Notes: a model not told the origin generated them from the letters alone. A stretch of DNA of 53,805 nucleotides from Acidobacteriota bacterium (GCA_046724475.1 JBKOVK010000039.1:1-53805); one strand, 5' to 3'; shown: positions 24,415-33,651, counted from the first letter of the stretch. Numbers and translations are program-made.

Positions 24415-25854
24415 ATGGCCAATCCCGAGCATTTGCGGCTCCTGCTGTCCCCGGACTGGAACGACTGGCGCACGAAGAACGTCAACGTGACGCCGGATCT
24501 GACCGGGGCGGCGCTGTCCGGCGCGGACCTGTCCGGAAAGGACTTGAAGCGTGCCGACCTGACCCGGGCGGATCTGACCAAATCCACGCTCGCGGGGACC
24601 GACTTCACGCGCGCCGCGCTGCGCAACGCCCGCTTCGAGGGAGCGTCAGCTCCAGGAGCGATCTTCGAGCATTGCGCTCTGGACTTCCTGGACTTCTCGA
24701 AGGTGTTCCTGGCGGGCGCGCGCTTTCGCTCGGCCTCGCTCCAGAGCTGCTCCCTCGCCGGCGCGGATCTGGCCGGAGCCGACCTCTCCTTCACACGGCT
24801 GGACGGCGCCGACGTCACCGGAGCGAACCTCGCCGGCGCGGTGCTGCGCGACGTCAACTTCCGCGGCGTGAAGACCGCCAACGCGCAGTTCGATGGAGCC
24901 GATCTCTCGCGCGCGATCTTCGAGGGCGTGGCCGCCATCCGGGGATCGTTTCCGAACGCCAACTTCACCGGCGCCAACCTGAAGACGGCCGATCTCTCGG
25001 GCGCGGACCTGCGGCGGGCCAACTTCGCCGGTGCGATCCTCCGCCAGGCGTCCCTGAACGCCGCCGACTGCGAGCGCGCCGAGTTCCCCGACGCGGACCT
25101 CGAGCTCGCCTCGGCCGTCGAGGCGAACTTCAGCTCAGCGGGCTTCGACCGGGCGAAACTGCGCAAGGCCGACCTGCGCAAGGCGGTCTTCCTCGACGCC
25201 GGAGGGACCGACGTCAGCTTCTCCGAGGCGAAGCTGACCGAGGTCGACCTGCGCTCCGCACGCTTCGAAAAGGCCAGCTTTCAGGGAGCGGACCTGTCCA
25301 AGGCGATCCTGCGGCGGGCGAACCTGAAGCCGTACTCGTTCGTCGCGGCGAGCTTCTCGGGGGCAGACCTCGGCGAGGCGCAGGCCGAAGGCGTGAACTT
25401 CTCGAGGGCCGACCTCTCGCTCGGCAGTTTCCGGCTGGCCAATTTGAAGCGCGCCGACTTCTCCGGCGCCCGGGGGTTCGAGGCGGATCTCTCGGGCTGC
25501 CTGTTGATCGGCGCCAATTTCCAGGGCGCCGCCTTGAAGGACGCCGATTTCCGGTTCGCGCGGGCGATGGGCGCGGACTTCACGGGCGCCGACATCACGG
25601 GCTCGGACCTGGCCAACTCGGACTTCACCGAGGCGAACTTCAAGAAGACCAAGTTCTGGGGCTCGACGGCGCGCCGCGCCAAGCCGCCGAAGGGCAAGAG
25701 CTTCCTCTTCTCGCTTTCCACGAAGTTCTCCAAGGCCAAGGAGAAGAAGACGAAGGCCGCCGACGAGAAGGAAGCCAAGCGCCAGAAACGGATCGCCGAG
25801 CTCGAGGCCGAGGCCGATAAGAAGGCGCCGCACCTGACGGGGAGACGGCGGTAA
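24415..25854 (+). CDS. Pentapeptide-repeat protein (~400 aa of A(D/N)LXX repeats) with Lys-rich C-terminal tail
   Basis: It has the typical N-terminus (WNDWRTKNVNVTPDLTGAALSGADLSGKDLKRADLTRADL) and continuous pentapeptide periodicity. The tail is KAKEKKTKAADEKEAKRQKRIAELEAEADKK. Confidence 0.9.
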   Translation: MANPEHLRLLLSPDWNDWRTKNVNVTPDLTGAALSGADLSGKDLKRADLTRADLTKSTLAGTDFTRAALRNARFEGASAPGAIFEHCALDFLDFSKVFLAGARFRSASLQSCSLAGADLAGADLSFTRLDGADVTGANLAGAVLRDVNFRGVKTANAQFDGADLSRAIFEGVAAIRGSFPNANFTGANLKTADLSGADLRRANFAGAILRQASLNAADCERAEFPDADLELASAVEANFSSAGFDRAKLRKADLRKAVFLDAGGTDVSFSEAKLTEVDLRSARFEKASFQGADLSKAILRRANLKPYSFVAASFSGADLGEAQAEGVNFSRADLSLGSFRLANLKRADFSGARGFEADLSGCLLIGANFQGAALKDADFRFARAMGADFTGADITGSDLANSDFTEANFKKTKFWGSTARRAKPPKGKSFLFSLSTKFSKAKEKKTKAADEKEAKRQKRIAELEAEADKKAPHLTGRRR

Positions 25855-25861
25855 CCAGACA

Positions 25862-25902
25862 GCAGACGGCAGACAGTCTGCCTTCTGTGGTCTGCCGTCT
25901 GC
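25862..25902. terminator. Bidirectional hairpin between the convergent pentapeptide and DUF4340 genes
   Basis: A perfect 13-bp stem, GCAGACGGCAGAC (25862-25874) pairing with GTCTGCCGTCTGC (25890-25902), encloses a 15-nt loop. A pyrimidine/T-rich run follows on the plus strand only. Confidence 0.5.
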
Positions 25903-27261
25903 CTACTTCTTCTTCGCAACCCCCGTCGGAATCGGCGTCGGCGGCGGCGCGACCGCCTTTTCGAACGCGGTCGACAGCTTGTCCACGGCGTCCCGGTCCA
26001 GCTCGAACGCTCCCGGGCGGCCGCTGACCTTCGCGGCGATCGCGCCCGCGTGCGGAGAAAACGACAGGGTCCAGGTTGGCCCGTCTTTTCGGCGGATCGT
26101 GACCTCCGCGAGCGGCTTCTCCAGACGCGAGGCCTCCGCGGCGTCGAGGAAGGCCTTGCTCTTCAAGGCCAGGAGAGCCGATAGCAGGTCGTCCACCGTC
26201 GGTGCGAGGACCGCATGTCCCGCGGACACCCAGCCGTCCTTTTCGTGCGCGAGTGCCCGGCGCGTCTCGCCGAACCGTCCCTCGACCGCCGTGGCCTCGC
26301 CCCGGTCGAAGGCGACCAGGAGGCTGCTGCGGAAGGGCTCCGCTTCCTTGGAAAGCTCGTCCACGATCTCGCGGTCGACGGTCAACACCTGGCCGTCGCG
26401 CAGGGCATAGATCGAATTCCCGTCGGAGCGCGTCGCGCCGAAGTCCACCGAGGTCGCCGCGCCTTTCTCGCCCGTGACCGTGACCCGGTAGAGCGGCGGG
26501 CTGAGCGACAGGGCGCCCAGATCGTCGGAGCCGTGCACGAACTCGCCGACGCGAAGCGAAGTCAGCTGGTTGACGAGCCGGTCGGCTTCCGTCGAGTCGG
26601 CCAGGTCCGCGAGCGGCTCCGACAGCCACCAGGCTCCTTCCTTGCGGGAAAGAACGAGCTTGCCCCGGCCTCGCAGGACTTCCAGGCGCGTCACGTCGGA
26701 GGAGGAGCCGCCGAAGACCTCCTTGCTGCGGAAGTCGTCGACGGGCTTGCGCACGGAAGTCAGCACGGTGCTCGGGATGAAGAGCACCTTGTCTTCTCCC
26801 TCGACGCGCGCCGACGCGATGTCGGTCCCCGGCACTTCGAGGCCGAGGTCGAGCGTCCGCGTCTTGGGCGTCTTCGGGGCATCGGCCTCAGTCCACACCA
26901 GGGTCGCGCGGGTGGTCGGCTTCTCCAGGCCGTAGTCGGACAATTTGGCGTCCGCCGTGTCTCCTCCGGAGCGCTTGAGCTCGGCGAGCTCCGTGACTAC
27001 GCCGTTGACCGCGAGCGCGTCCGCCGGATACGCGGCGGGCTTGGCCATGTGCCAGGGCCCGCCCTCCGCGCGGTCGAACTCGAGGACTTCGTCGCCCCGC
27101 GACAGAGTCAGGCGGGTCACGCGCTCCTGGGGAAGGTCCCAGTACAGGTCGCCCTTGCGCTGCTGCTCCGACGTCGTCGGCATCTTGCGCTCGAAGAGGA
27201 CGATGAAAGCGAAGAGCGCGGCGACGATGGCCGTCAGAAGGAGCAGCTTCTTCGGCGACAC
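25903..27261 (-). CDS. DUF4340-like protein (accessory to GldG-type ABC systems)
   Basis: It has an N-terminal TM helix (MSPKKLLLLTAIVAALFAFIVLF) and repeated beta-rich modules. It sits directly downstream of the GldG-like gene, which is the usual DUF4340 position. Confidence 0.65.
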   Translation of the reverse strand: MSPKKLLLLTAIVAALFAFIVLFERKMPTTSEQQRKGDLYWDLPQERVTRLTLSRGDEVLEFDRAEGGPWHMAKPAAYPADALAVNGVVTELAELKRSGGDTADAKLSDYGLEKPTTRATLVWTEADAPKTPKTRTLDLGLEVPGTDIASARVEGEDKVLFIPSTVLTSVRKPVDDFRSKEVFGGSSSDVTRLEVLRGRGKLVLSRKEGAWWLSEPLADLADSTEADRLVNQLTSLRVGEFVHGSDDLGALSLSPPLYRVTVTGEKGAATSVDFGATRSDGNSIYALRDGQVLTVDREIVDELSKEAEPFRSSLLVAFDRGEATAVEGRFGETRRALAHEKDGWVSAGHAVLAPTVDDLLSALLALKSKAFLDAAEASRLEKPLAEVTIRRKDGPTWTLSFSPHAGAIAAKVSGRPGAFELDRDAVDKLSTAFEKAVAPPPTPIPTGVAKKK

Positions 27262-27268
27262 CCGAGCC

Positions 27269-28729
27269 TCAGTCCCTGCGCTTGAACCAGACGAAGATAC
27301 CGATGGCCATCGCCAGGGCGGGGAGGCCCAGGACGGACGCGATGCCGATCTTTCGGACGTCGGAGTCCGACAGCGTCAGCGACGCCTGCTCGAAGGACTT
27401 GGGGGCGATGCCGATCTGCTTCTCGCTGCCCGCCAGCCAGTGCAGCGCGTTGGCGAAGAAGATCCCGTTGGCGCCGTTGGAAAGCGCGCCGTTGGTGGCG
27501 AAGCGCGAGTTCCCGACGACCACCAGGCGCGGCGACTTCGCATCGGGCTTCTTCTCGTCGGCCGGGCCCACCGCCACGGCCAGCGACACGGGGCCCTGCG
27601 TGTCCGCAGGATCCTTCTTCAATCCGGTGTCGAGGTTCTTCAGGCTGGTCTCTCCCCATCCTTCGGGAGAGGTCTCCACGAGCATCGCTTCGGACACGCT
27701 CCCCGGCGGCTTCTCCGCCTTCGTCACCGAGCGCGCCAGCGAGAAGATCACCGGCAGGCCCTCGGCCGAGAGCGACCGCACGATGGGATGCGTGCCGTAG
27801 CGGTTGGCGAGAACCGTCTCCATGCCGACCATCGGAAGCGCGTTGGACGGATCCACCACGATGTCGTCGCCGAGCTTCAACCCGTACGTGTCCATGATGG
27901 CCTTGAAGCCGAGATCCGGCGGCGGCCCTCCGGGACCCGGAAGAACGGGGTCGAGCATTACGAGGACGTGCCCGCCGCCCGCGAGGTGCTTCTGCAGCGC
28001 GCCGGCCTCGGGCTCCAGAAAGGCCGTGCGCGGTCCGGCCACGACGACGACGTCGGCGTCGGACGGCAGGTCGGCCTTGCCGAGGCTGTCCCAGGTGCCG
28101 ACCGTCATGTTGTCGCGCTCCACGAGCTGCTTGGCTTCGGCGTAGCCGCGCCCTCGCTCTCCGGAGTCGAGCGACGCCTCGCCGTGGCCCTTGGTGAAAT
28201 ACACCTTGGGCTGGCGGTTCTCGGTGACCGAGAGGATCGCCGAGGTGAACGCCTCCTCGCCTTTGAACGCCTTGACGGTCGGCGCGCCCATCCCCATACC
28301 GGCGGCCGCGTAGTCGAAATCGGCGAGCTTGTCCTCGTCGACGTACTTCTTCTTGTCACCGGAGCGGAAGACGATCGTGTTCTGGCGGATCCCGAACTCG
28401 CTCACGAGCTGCTCGGCGCGCGCCCGGTTGCGTCGCGGGTCGAGGTACTCGACCTCGATCTTGGGGGAAATCTGCTGGTACCGGGACAACAGCTCGCGGA
28501 CCGGCTGGAAGAGCCGCGACTCGCCGGTCATGAAGACCGTGACGCGCACCGGGGCCTTGAGGCTCGACACGATCTTCCGCGTCTGCTCGGAGAGCGAGTA
28601 GATCTGTGTCTTCGTCCAGTCCATCCGCTTCCAGTGGCGGTAGGCGAGGTAGTTCGCCCCGACCAGCAGCGCCGCGGCGAGAAGGACGCCGACCGCGGAG
28701 GTCCCGGCGCGGACCGACCGGACGCTCAC
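27269..28729 (-). CDS. GldG-like ABC-transporter auxiliary protein
   Basis: It has N- and C-terminal TM anchors and the ABC_transp_aux pattern (VYFTKGHGE, VVVVAGP...F...E, RLVVVGNSRFATN). The GTG at 28729 overlaps the upstream stop. Confidence 0.8.
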   Translation of the reverse strand: MSVRSVRAGTSAVGVLLAAALLVGANYLAYRHWKRMDWTKTQIYSLSEQTRKIVSSLKAPVRVTVFMTGESRLFQPVRELLSRYQQISPKIEVEYLDPRRNRARAEQLVSEFGIRQNTIVFRSGDKKKYVDEDKLADFDYAAAGMGMGAPTVKAFKGEEAFTSAILSVTENRQPKVYFTKGHGEASLDSGERGRGYAEAKQLVERDNMTVGTWDSLGKADLPSDADVVVVAGPRTAFLEPEAGALQKHLAGGGHVLVMLDPVLPGPGGPPPDLGFKAIMDTYGLKLGDDIVVDPSNALPMVGMETVLANRYGTHPIVRSLSAEGLPVIFSLARSVTKAEKPPGSVSEAMLVETSPEGWGETSLKNLDTGLKKDPADTQGPVSLAVAVGPADEKKPDAKSPRLVVVGNSRFATNGALSNGANGIFFANALHWLAGSEKQIGIAPKSFEQASLTLSDSDVRKIGIASVLGLPALAMAIGIFVWFKRRD

Positions 28730-29466
28730 GGCGTCTCCTTCTTGGCCGAGATGGAGACCATGCTCAGAAAGAGGAAGAACGCCGTCGCCGACAGGTAGTA
28801 GACGATCCGCCGCGTGTCCACGACGCCGCGGGCGAAGTCCTCCATGTGGTCCCACAGATTGAAGTAGGAGAAGACCTCGCGCTTGGCCGGGTCGTTGACC
28901 ATGGACTCGATCAGGCCCCCCGAGAAGATCGGGATGAGCATCGCGAAGGTGAAGATCGCGGCGATGATCTGGTTCTTCGTCAACGTCGAAGCGAACGTCC
29001 CGACCGACAGGAAGTACGCGCCCAGCAGCGCCACCGCCAGATACGCCGCCGCCACCGGGCCGAAGTCGATCGTGGTGTTGGCGCGCAGGATCGCGACGTA
29101 GACGAGCGTCGGCAGCCAGAGTGTCAGGTAGAAGCCGAGAGCGCCGAGGAACTTCCCGAGCACCACGGTTCCCTCGGACACCGGCGACGTCAGCAGGATC
29201 TCCAGCGTCCCGGCCTTGCGCTCCTCGGCGAAGAGGCGCATTGCGATGATCGGCACGACGAAGAGATTGAAGAGCCAGAAATAGGTGTTGGTGAAGAGCA
29301 GCGGCAGGGCCTGCCCCTTCGGCGTGTCCGGCCGCGACAGGTAGTTGACGATGGCCGTGAAGATGAAGCCGTTCATCAGCAGGAACGCGGCCAGGATCAC
29401 GTAGGCCAGCGGCGACAGGAAGTACGCGCGCCACTCTCGGCCGACGATCGCGAAGAGCTTCCTCAC
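28726..29466 (-). CDS. ABC-2 type permease (GldF-like)
   Basis: 246 aa with six hydrophobic segments, REWRAYFLSPLAYVILAAFLL and EERKAGTLEILLTSPVS. The GTG at 29466 overlaps the ATPase stop. Confidence 0.8.
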   Translation of the reverse strand: MRKLFAIVGREWRAYFLSPLAYVILAAFLLMNGFIFTAIVNYLSRPDTPKGQALPLLFTNTYFWLFNLFVVPIIAMRLFAEERKAGTLEILLTSPVSEGTVVLGKFLGALGFYLTLWLPTLVYVAILRANTTIDFGPVAAAYLAVALLGAYFLSVGTFASTLTKNQIIAAIFTFAMLIPIFSGGLIESMVNDPAKREVFSYFNLWDHMEDFARGVVDTRRIVYYLSATAFFLFLSMVSISAKKETP

Positions 29467-30458
29467 TGCGGTTCCTCGGTGGAGCCCGCCAGCTCGGTCT
29501 CGGCCGGCTCCGGGGCGCGTTCGGCCGCGGCCTCGTCGTGACGGGTCAGGCGGACGAAGACGTCTTCGAGCGTCATCGCCTCGCGCGACAGCTCGCGCAG
29601 CGTCCAGCCCTTCGCCACGGCGAGGCGGAAAATCTCCTCGCGCGGATCCTTGCCCTGGAGGCAGGTCACGCGCGCCCGCGTCTCGGAGGCGTCGTCCTCG
29701 ACCGCGACCGACGCGACCCCCGAAAGAGTTGCCAGCGCATCGGCCGCGGGCACGGCGCCCGCGAAGGCGACCCGAACGATCGGTGTGCCGGCGAGCTTGG
29801 CGCGCAGGTCCGAGGACGTGCCCTCGGCGACGATCCGGCCGCGGTCGATGATGAGCACCCGGTCGCAGACCGCTTCGACTTCCGGGAGGATGTGCGTCGA
29901 GAGAAGCACCGCGCGGTCCCTGCCGAGCTCGCGGATCATCTCCCGGATCTTGATGATCTGCACCGGATCCAGTCCGATCGTGGGCTCGTCCAGCACCAGC
30001 ACCGGCGGACGATGCACGAGCGCGGCCGCCAGGGCCGTGCGCTGGCGGAAGCCCTTGGAGAGGTTCTCGATCTTCCGGTGCGCGACTTCCGTCAGCAGGC
30101 ACCTCTCCAGCGCTTCGTTCACGCGCGGCTTCACTTCGCTTCCCGCCACGCCCTCCAGGCGGGCGCGAAACGCCAGGTACTCCGTGACGCGCATCTCCGG
30201 GTAGGTCGCGGCGGACTCCGGCAGGTAGCCGGTCGCGGCGCGCGCCGGGCCCGACTGCGTCACGACGTCGTATCCCGCCACGCGCGCGGTGCCGGAGGTC
30301 GGAGGCAGAAACCCGGTCAGGACCCGCATCGTCGTCGTCTTGCCGGCGCCGTTGGGACCCAGGAATCCGACGATCTCTCCCTCGCGCACGGAGAAGGTCA
30401 CGTCGTCCACCGCGAGTCGCGTGGGGTACCGCTTCGAGAGGTTTTGAACTTCGATCAT
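29463..30458 (-). CDS. ABC transporter ATP-binding protein (GldA-like)
   Basis: It has Walker A GPNGAGKTT, signature LSKGFRQR and Walker B VLVLDEPT. Confidence 0.9.
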   Translation of the reverse strand: MIEVQNLSKRYPTRLAVDDVTFSVREGEIVGFLGPNGAGKTTTMRVLTGFLPPTSGTARVAGYDVVTQSGPARAATGYLPESAATYPEMRVTEYLAFRARLEGVAGSEVKPRVNEALERCLLTEVAHRKIENLSKGFRQRTALAAALVHRPPVLVLDEPTIGLDPVQIIKIREMIRELGRDRAVLLSTHILPEVEAVCDRVLIIDRGRIVAEGTSSDLRAKLAGTPIVRVAFAGAVPAADALATLSGVASVAVEDDASETRARVTCLQGKDPREEIFRLAVAKGWTLRELSREAMTLEDVFVRLTRHDEAAAERAPEPAETELAGSTEEPQ

Positions 30459-30500
30459 TCAGAGTCCGAGGCGAAAACCGCGTTATGAAATCGCGGAAGG

Positions 30501-30514
30501 ATATTCCATATTCC
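30501..30514. repeat. Tandem heptamer ATATTCC x2 in the divergent ABC promoter region
   Basis: ATATTCC occurs at 30501-30507 and again at 30508-30514, in the AT-richest part of the 88-nt gap between the two divergently transcribed ABC ATPase genes. Confidence 0.6.
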
Positions 30515-30546
30515 CGAAAAAGGAAGTCCCGTATCATGGTCCCTTC

Positions 30547-31458
30547 GTGATCGAGGTCGAGAACGTCTCGAAGACGTACGGCCGCATGGGCCGCCGGACG
30601 CGCGCGCTCGACGGCGTGCGCCTGAGGGTCGCCCGCGGCGAAACGCTCGGGCTGATCGGCCCCAACGGCGCGGGCAAGACGACGCTGCTCTCGTGCATGC
30701 TGGGATTCCTGCGCCCGGACTCGGGAACGATCTCGATCGACGGCCGCGCGGTCGACGACCTCTGGATCCGGTCGCGTACGGGTTACATGCCCGAGCGGCT
30801 GGGCTTCGACCGCGACCTGACCGGGGCGGCCTTTCTCGCTCACCACTGGCGCCTCTCGGGCGGAAGCCCGTCGAAAACGGCGGAGGAAACGGCGGCCGCC
30901 GCCTCCCGCGTGGGGCTGGAAGGGGCGGTCCTCGGAAAGAAGCTGAAGACGTATTCGCGCGGAATGCTGCAGCGGATCGGCGTCGCGCAGGCCACCCTGG
31001 GCTCGCCCGACCTGCTCTTCTTAGACGAGCCCGCCTCGGGAACCGACCCTCTCGGCGTCGCGATCGTGCGCGACCGCATCCTCGAGGCCAAGGCACGGGG
31101 CGCGACGGTCGTCCTGAACTCGCACCAGCTCACCGAGGTCGAGCGCGTCTGCGACCGGGTCGTGTTCATCGATCACGGAAAGCTGTCGCGCGACGAGACT
31201 CTCCGCGGCGAGACCGCCACGCGCAAGCGTGGAGTGCTTCGCGTGCCCGCGGGGCGGAGCGAAGATGCGCGGACCATCCTCGCGGCCGCCGGGGTCGAGG
31301 CCCGGGCGTCCGGCGACGGCGCCCTTCGTCTCTCCGACGGTTCGGAAGACGGAATCTCCCGGGCGGTGAAGGCGCTGGCCGTGGCCGATGTCCCGGTCCT
31401 GGAGGTGCGTGCCACGGCCGAGCTTGAGGAGCTCTTCCGCGAGGCGCCGCCGTCGTGA
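30547..31458 (+). CDS. ABC transporter ATP-binding protein
   Basis: It has Walker A GPNGAGKTT, signature YSRGMLQR and Walker B LLFLDEPASG. The start is GTG. Confidence 0.85.
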   Translation: MIEVENVSKTYGRMGRRTRALDGVRLRVARGETLGLIGPNGAGKTTLLSCMLGFLRPDSGTISIDGRAVDDLWIRSRTGYMPERLGFDRDLTGAAFLAHHWRLSGGSPSKTAEETAAAASRVGLEGAVLGKKLKTYSRGMLQRIGVAQATLGSPDLLFLDEPASGTDPLGVAIVRDRILEAKARGATVVLNSHQLTEVERVCDRVVFIDHGKLSRDETLRGETATRKRGVLRVPAGRSEDARTILAAAGVEARASGDGALRLSDGSEDGISRAVKALAVADVPVLEVRATAELEELFREAPPS

Positions 31459-32174
31459 TCGAGATGGTCCGGCGCTTTCTGCGCCAGAAGTTCGACAACC
31501 CGATCGTCGCCGTCGCTCTGGCCGTGATGGCGCTCCTGATCGCGTTCCCCGCCGCATTCAGCGGACAGCCCTCGCCGAACTCCGGATTCCTCGCACTGCT
31601 CCTGCTCGGCGCGGGCTCGGTCTCGCGGGACGTCTCGAGCGGCGCCCTGCAGATGATCCTGGCCCGGCCGATCTCGCGTACCGACTATCTCTGGGGCCGA
31701 TTCTTCGGAATCCTCTCCGCGTTCGCTCTCTTTCTCGCGGGCGTGGCGGTCCTGATGGTCGTTTTTTCGGCCGCCGTCCTGCCCGTTCTCCACGTGCTCC
31801 ACGCACCCCTGCAGTGGCCCGCGCTGGCCCGCTCGTTCGCCGCCGCATTCCTCGACGGCGTTCTCGTCGCCGCGGTTCTTCTGTTCTTCTCGACGTTTCT
31901 TCCCGGCTGGGGCGACGTGCTCGGCTATTTCCTCCTCATGCTCTTCTTGTCCGCCGTGCCGAGCATCGGCGCCGGGCTCGGCAAAGAGTGGCTGACGCGC
32001 CTCGGCCTGACCCTGAAGCAGAACGTTCTCCCCGAGCCCAACTTCGGCGCGATCTTCTCGGGCGAGCGCCGGATTTCCGAAGCGGTCGGCCAATGGGCCC
32101 TCGCCATCACGGTCTTTCTGCTCGCCGCGGCTCTCGTCTTTCGCCGCCGCGAATTCGCCTATGGCCACGACTGA
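31455..32174 (+). CDS. Polytopic membrane protein, probable ABC-2-like permease partner
   Basis: 239 aa with about 6 hydrophobic helices. The GTG overlaps the ATPase stop (GTGA). I recognise no specific family motif. Confidence 0.65.
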   Translation: MIEMVRRFLRQKFDNPIVAVALAVMALLIAFPAAFSGQPSPNSGFLALLLLGAGSVSRDVSSGALQMILARPISRTDYLWGRFFGILSAFALFLAGVAVLMVVFSAAVLPVLHVLHAPLQWPALARSFAAAFLDGVLVAAVLLFFSTFLPGWGDVLGYFLLMLFLSAVPSIGAGLGKEWLTRLGLTLKQNVLPEPNFGAIFSGERRISEAVGQWALAITVFLLAAALVFRRREFAYGHD

Positions 32175-32685
32175 CGCGTCCTCGGCTCCCGCTCCCCCGC
32201 CGCGCTCCCAGTCGCGGCTCTCCGGCGCGCTGCTGTGGATCCTGCTCGCCGCAGTCCTGTTCCGCATCGTCACGGCGGTGATGGACCGCGGGCGCACGGA
32301 AGAGGCGGGCCTCGTGCGATGGGAGTCCCATGAAAAAGCCCGCGCGCTCTCGCAGGCCGCCGGCCGCCCGATCCTCTACGACTTCACCGCGGCGTGGTGC
32401 GGACCCTGCAGGCTGCTCGACCGCGACTGGAACGACGCGGACGTCGCCGGGAAGGTCAACGCCTCGTTCGTCCCGGCGCGCGTTGTGGACCGCGTACGCG
32501 AGGACGGCCGCAACCCGCCGGACGTCGCGGAGATGGTGCGCCGCTACGAGATCAGCGGATTCCCCACGCTCGTCGCCGCCGCTCCGGACGGAACCATGAT
32601 CGCGAAGCTCGAGGGATACCGCGGCCGCGCCGCCCTCCTCGAATTCCTCGAAGAGGCCGGCAAGCCGACCGCTCCGTCCCGTTAA
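32161..32685 (+). CDS. Membrane-anchored thioredoxin-fold protein
   Basis: It has an N-terminal TM helix, the WCGPC active site and GFPTL (cis-Pro loop). Confidence 0.8.
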   Translation: MATTDASSAPAPPPRSQSRLSGALLWILLAAVLFRIVTAVMDRGRTEEAGLVRWESHEKARALSQAAGRPILYDFTAAWCGPCRLLDRDWNDADVAGKVNASFVPARVVDRVREDGRNPPDVAEMVRRYEISGFPTLVAAAPDGTMIAKLEGYRGRAALLEFLEEAGKPTAPSR

Positions 32686-33590
32686 TCCTGATCCTCGCGC
32701 CCGGCGCCGCTTCCCGTCGCGACGGTCACCGGACCGTTCTCCGAGGAGAGCTTGACCACCGCCGGCCCGTCTCCGATCTCGATGCGCTTGTGGTCGTCGT
32801 CCCACGTGCGCTTGGCCCGTTCGCAGCCCTCGCCGCGGCAACGGAAGGGAGACCTTCCCAGCGTCTCCACGACCGCCGCGGACCGGTAGCCCGACGGGAT
32901 ATCCAGGCGAATCGGCCCGTTCACGGCATGCCCCTCGAGGCCGGCGCCGTTCCATTCCGTGCCCGACAGCGCGACACCGATGGGCCCGTTCTGCGTCGAG
33001 ACCTTCATCTTTCCGCCGCCGCCGCGCACGTCGATGGGCCCGTTCTCCGCCGAGAGGTCGAGGTCGCCCGCCGAGTTGCGGACCGAGATGGGTCCGTTCT
33101 CCGAACGCGCGACGACATGCCCCGAAAGACCCGACAGCGCCAGCGGCCCGTTGGTGGCCGAGAGTTCGATCGCCGCGCTCTTGGGCGCCGCGATCAGCAG
33201 ATATCCGACCCAGTCTTCGCCGGAAGGACCCTGAACGCTCAGACCTCCGTCCGTCTTCGAGACTTTGATCGCGGCCAGACCCTCGGCCGACTCGGCGGCC
33301 TTGCAGACCAGGACTTCGAAATCGTTGCGGTCGGTTCCCCGGACGTTCGCGCCCGAGTGGGTCGGAACCTCCACTTTCAGCGGCCGGCCGGCCTCGACCG
33401 GGTAGACGAGACGCTCTTCACTGCGTGCGGCTTCCTGGTCGTCGAACTCGATGGAAATGTCCTCGCAGCGGACGGGAGACCGGCCGTCGTGGATCGAGAC
33501 GCCCCGGTTGTGGTGGGCGGCCCGCGCCGCCGGAGGCGTCAAAACGGCCATCAGGGCGAAGGCAATCGGGGGCAGGGCGCGGGTCTTCAT
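32682..33590 (-). CDS. Secreted beta-strand repeat protein (DUF4097-like)
   Basis: It has a signal peptide (MKTRALPPIAFALMAVLTPPAARA) and repeated NGPI/NGPV units (ENGPISV, ENGPIDV, QNGPIGV, VNGPIRL, ENGPVTV). A GGGAGGAAG Shine-Dalgarno sequence lies 5 nt upstream. Confidence 0.55.
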   Translation of the reverse strand: MKTRALPPIAFALMAVLTPPAARAAHHNRGVSIHDGRSPVRCEDISIEFDDQEAARSEERLVYPVEAGRPLKVEVPTHSGANVRGTDRNDFEVLVCKAAESAEGLAAIKVSKTDGGLSVQGPSGEDWVGYLLIAAPKSAAIELSATNGPLALSGLSGHVVARSENGPISVRNSAGDLDLSAENGPIDVRGGGGKMKVSTQNGPIGVALSGTEWNGAGLEGHAVNGPIRLDIPSGYRSAAVVETLGRSPFRCRGEGCERAKRTWDDDHKRIEIGDGPAVVKLSSENGPVTVATGSGAGREDQD

Positions 33591-33651
33591 CGTTTCTTCC
33601 TCCCGCTCCGGAGACGCCCGCGACGCCCGGAGGTTTCGCCCCGGAGACGCC

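Noticed and set aside
24480-25640. Highly periodic nucleotide repeats that might be mistaken for a CRISPR or tandem-repeat array.
   Set aside because: The periodicity is 15 nt and reflects pentapeptide (A(D/N)LXX) repeats in a continuous 479-aa ORF. There is no repeat-spacer structure, and no cas genes occur anywhere in the window.
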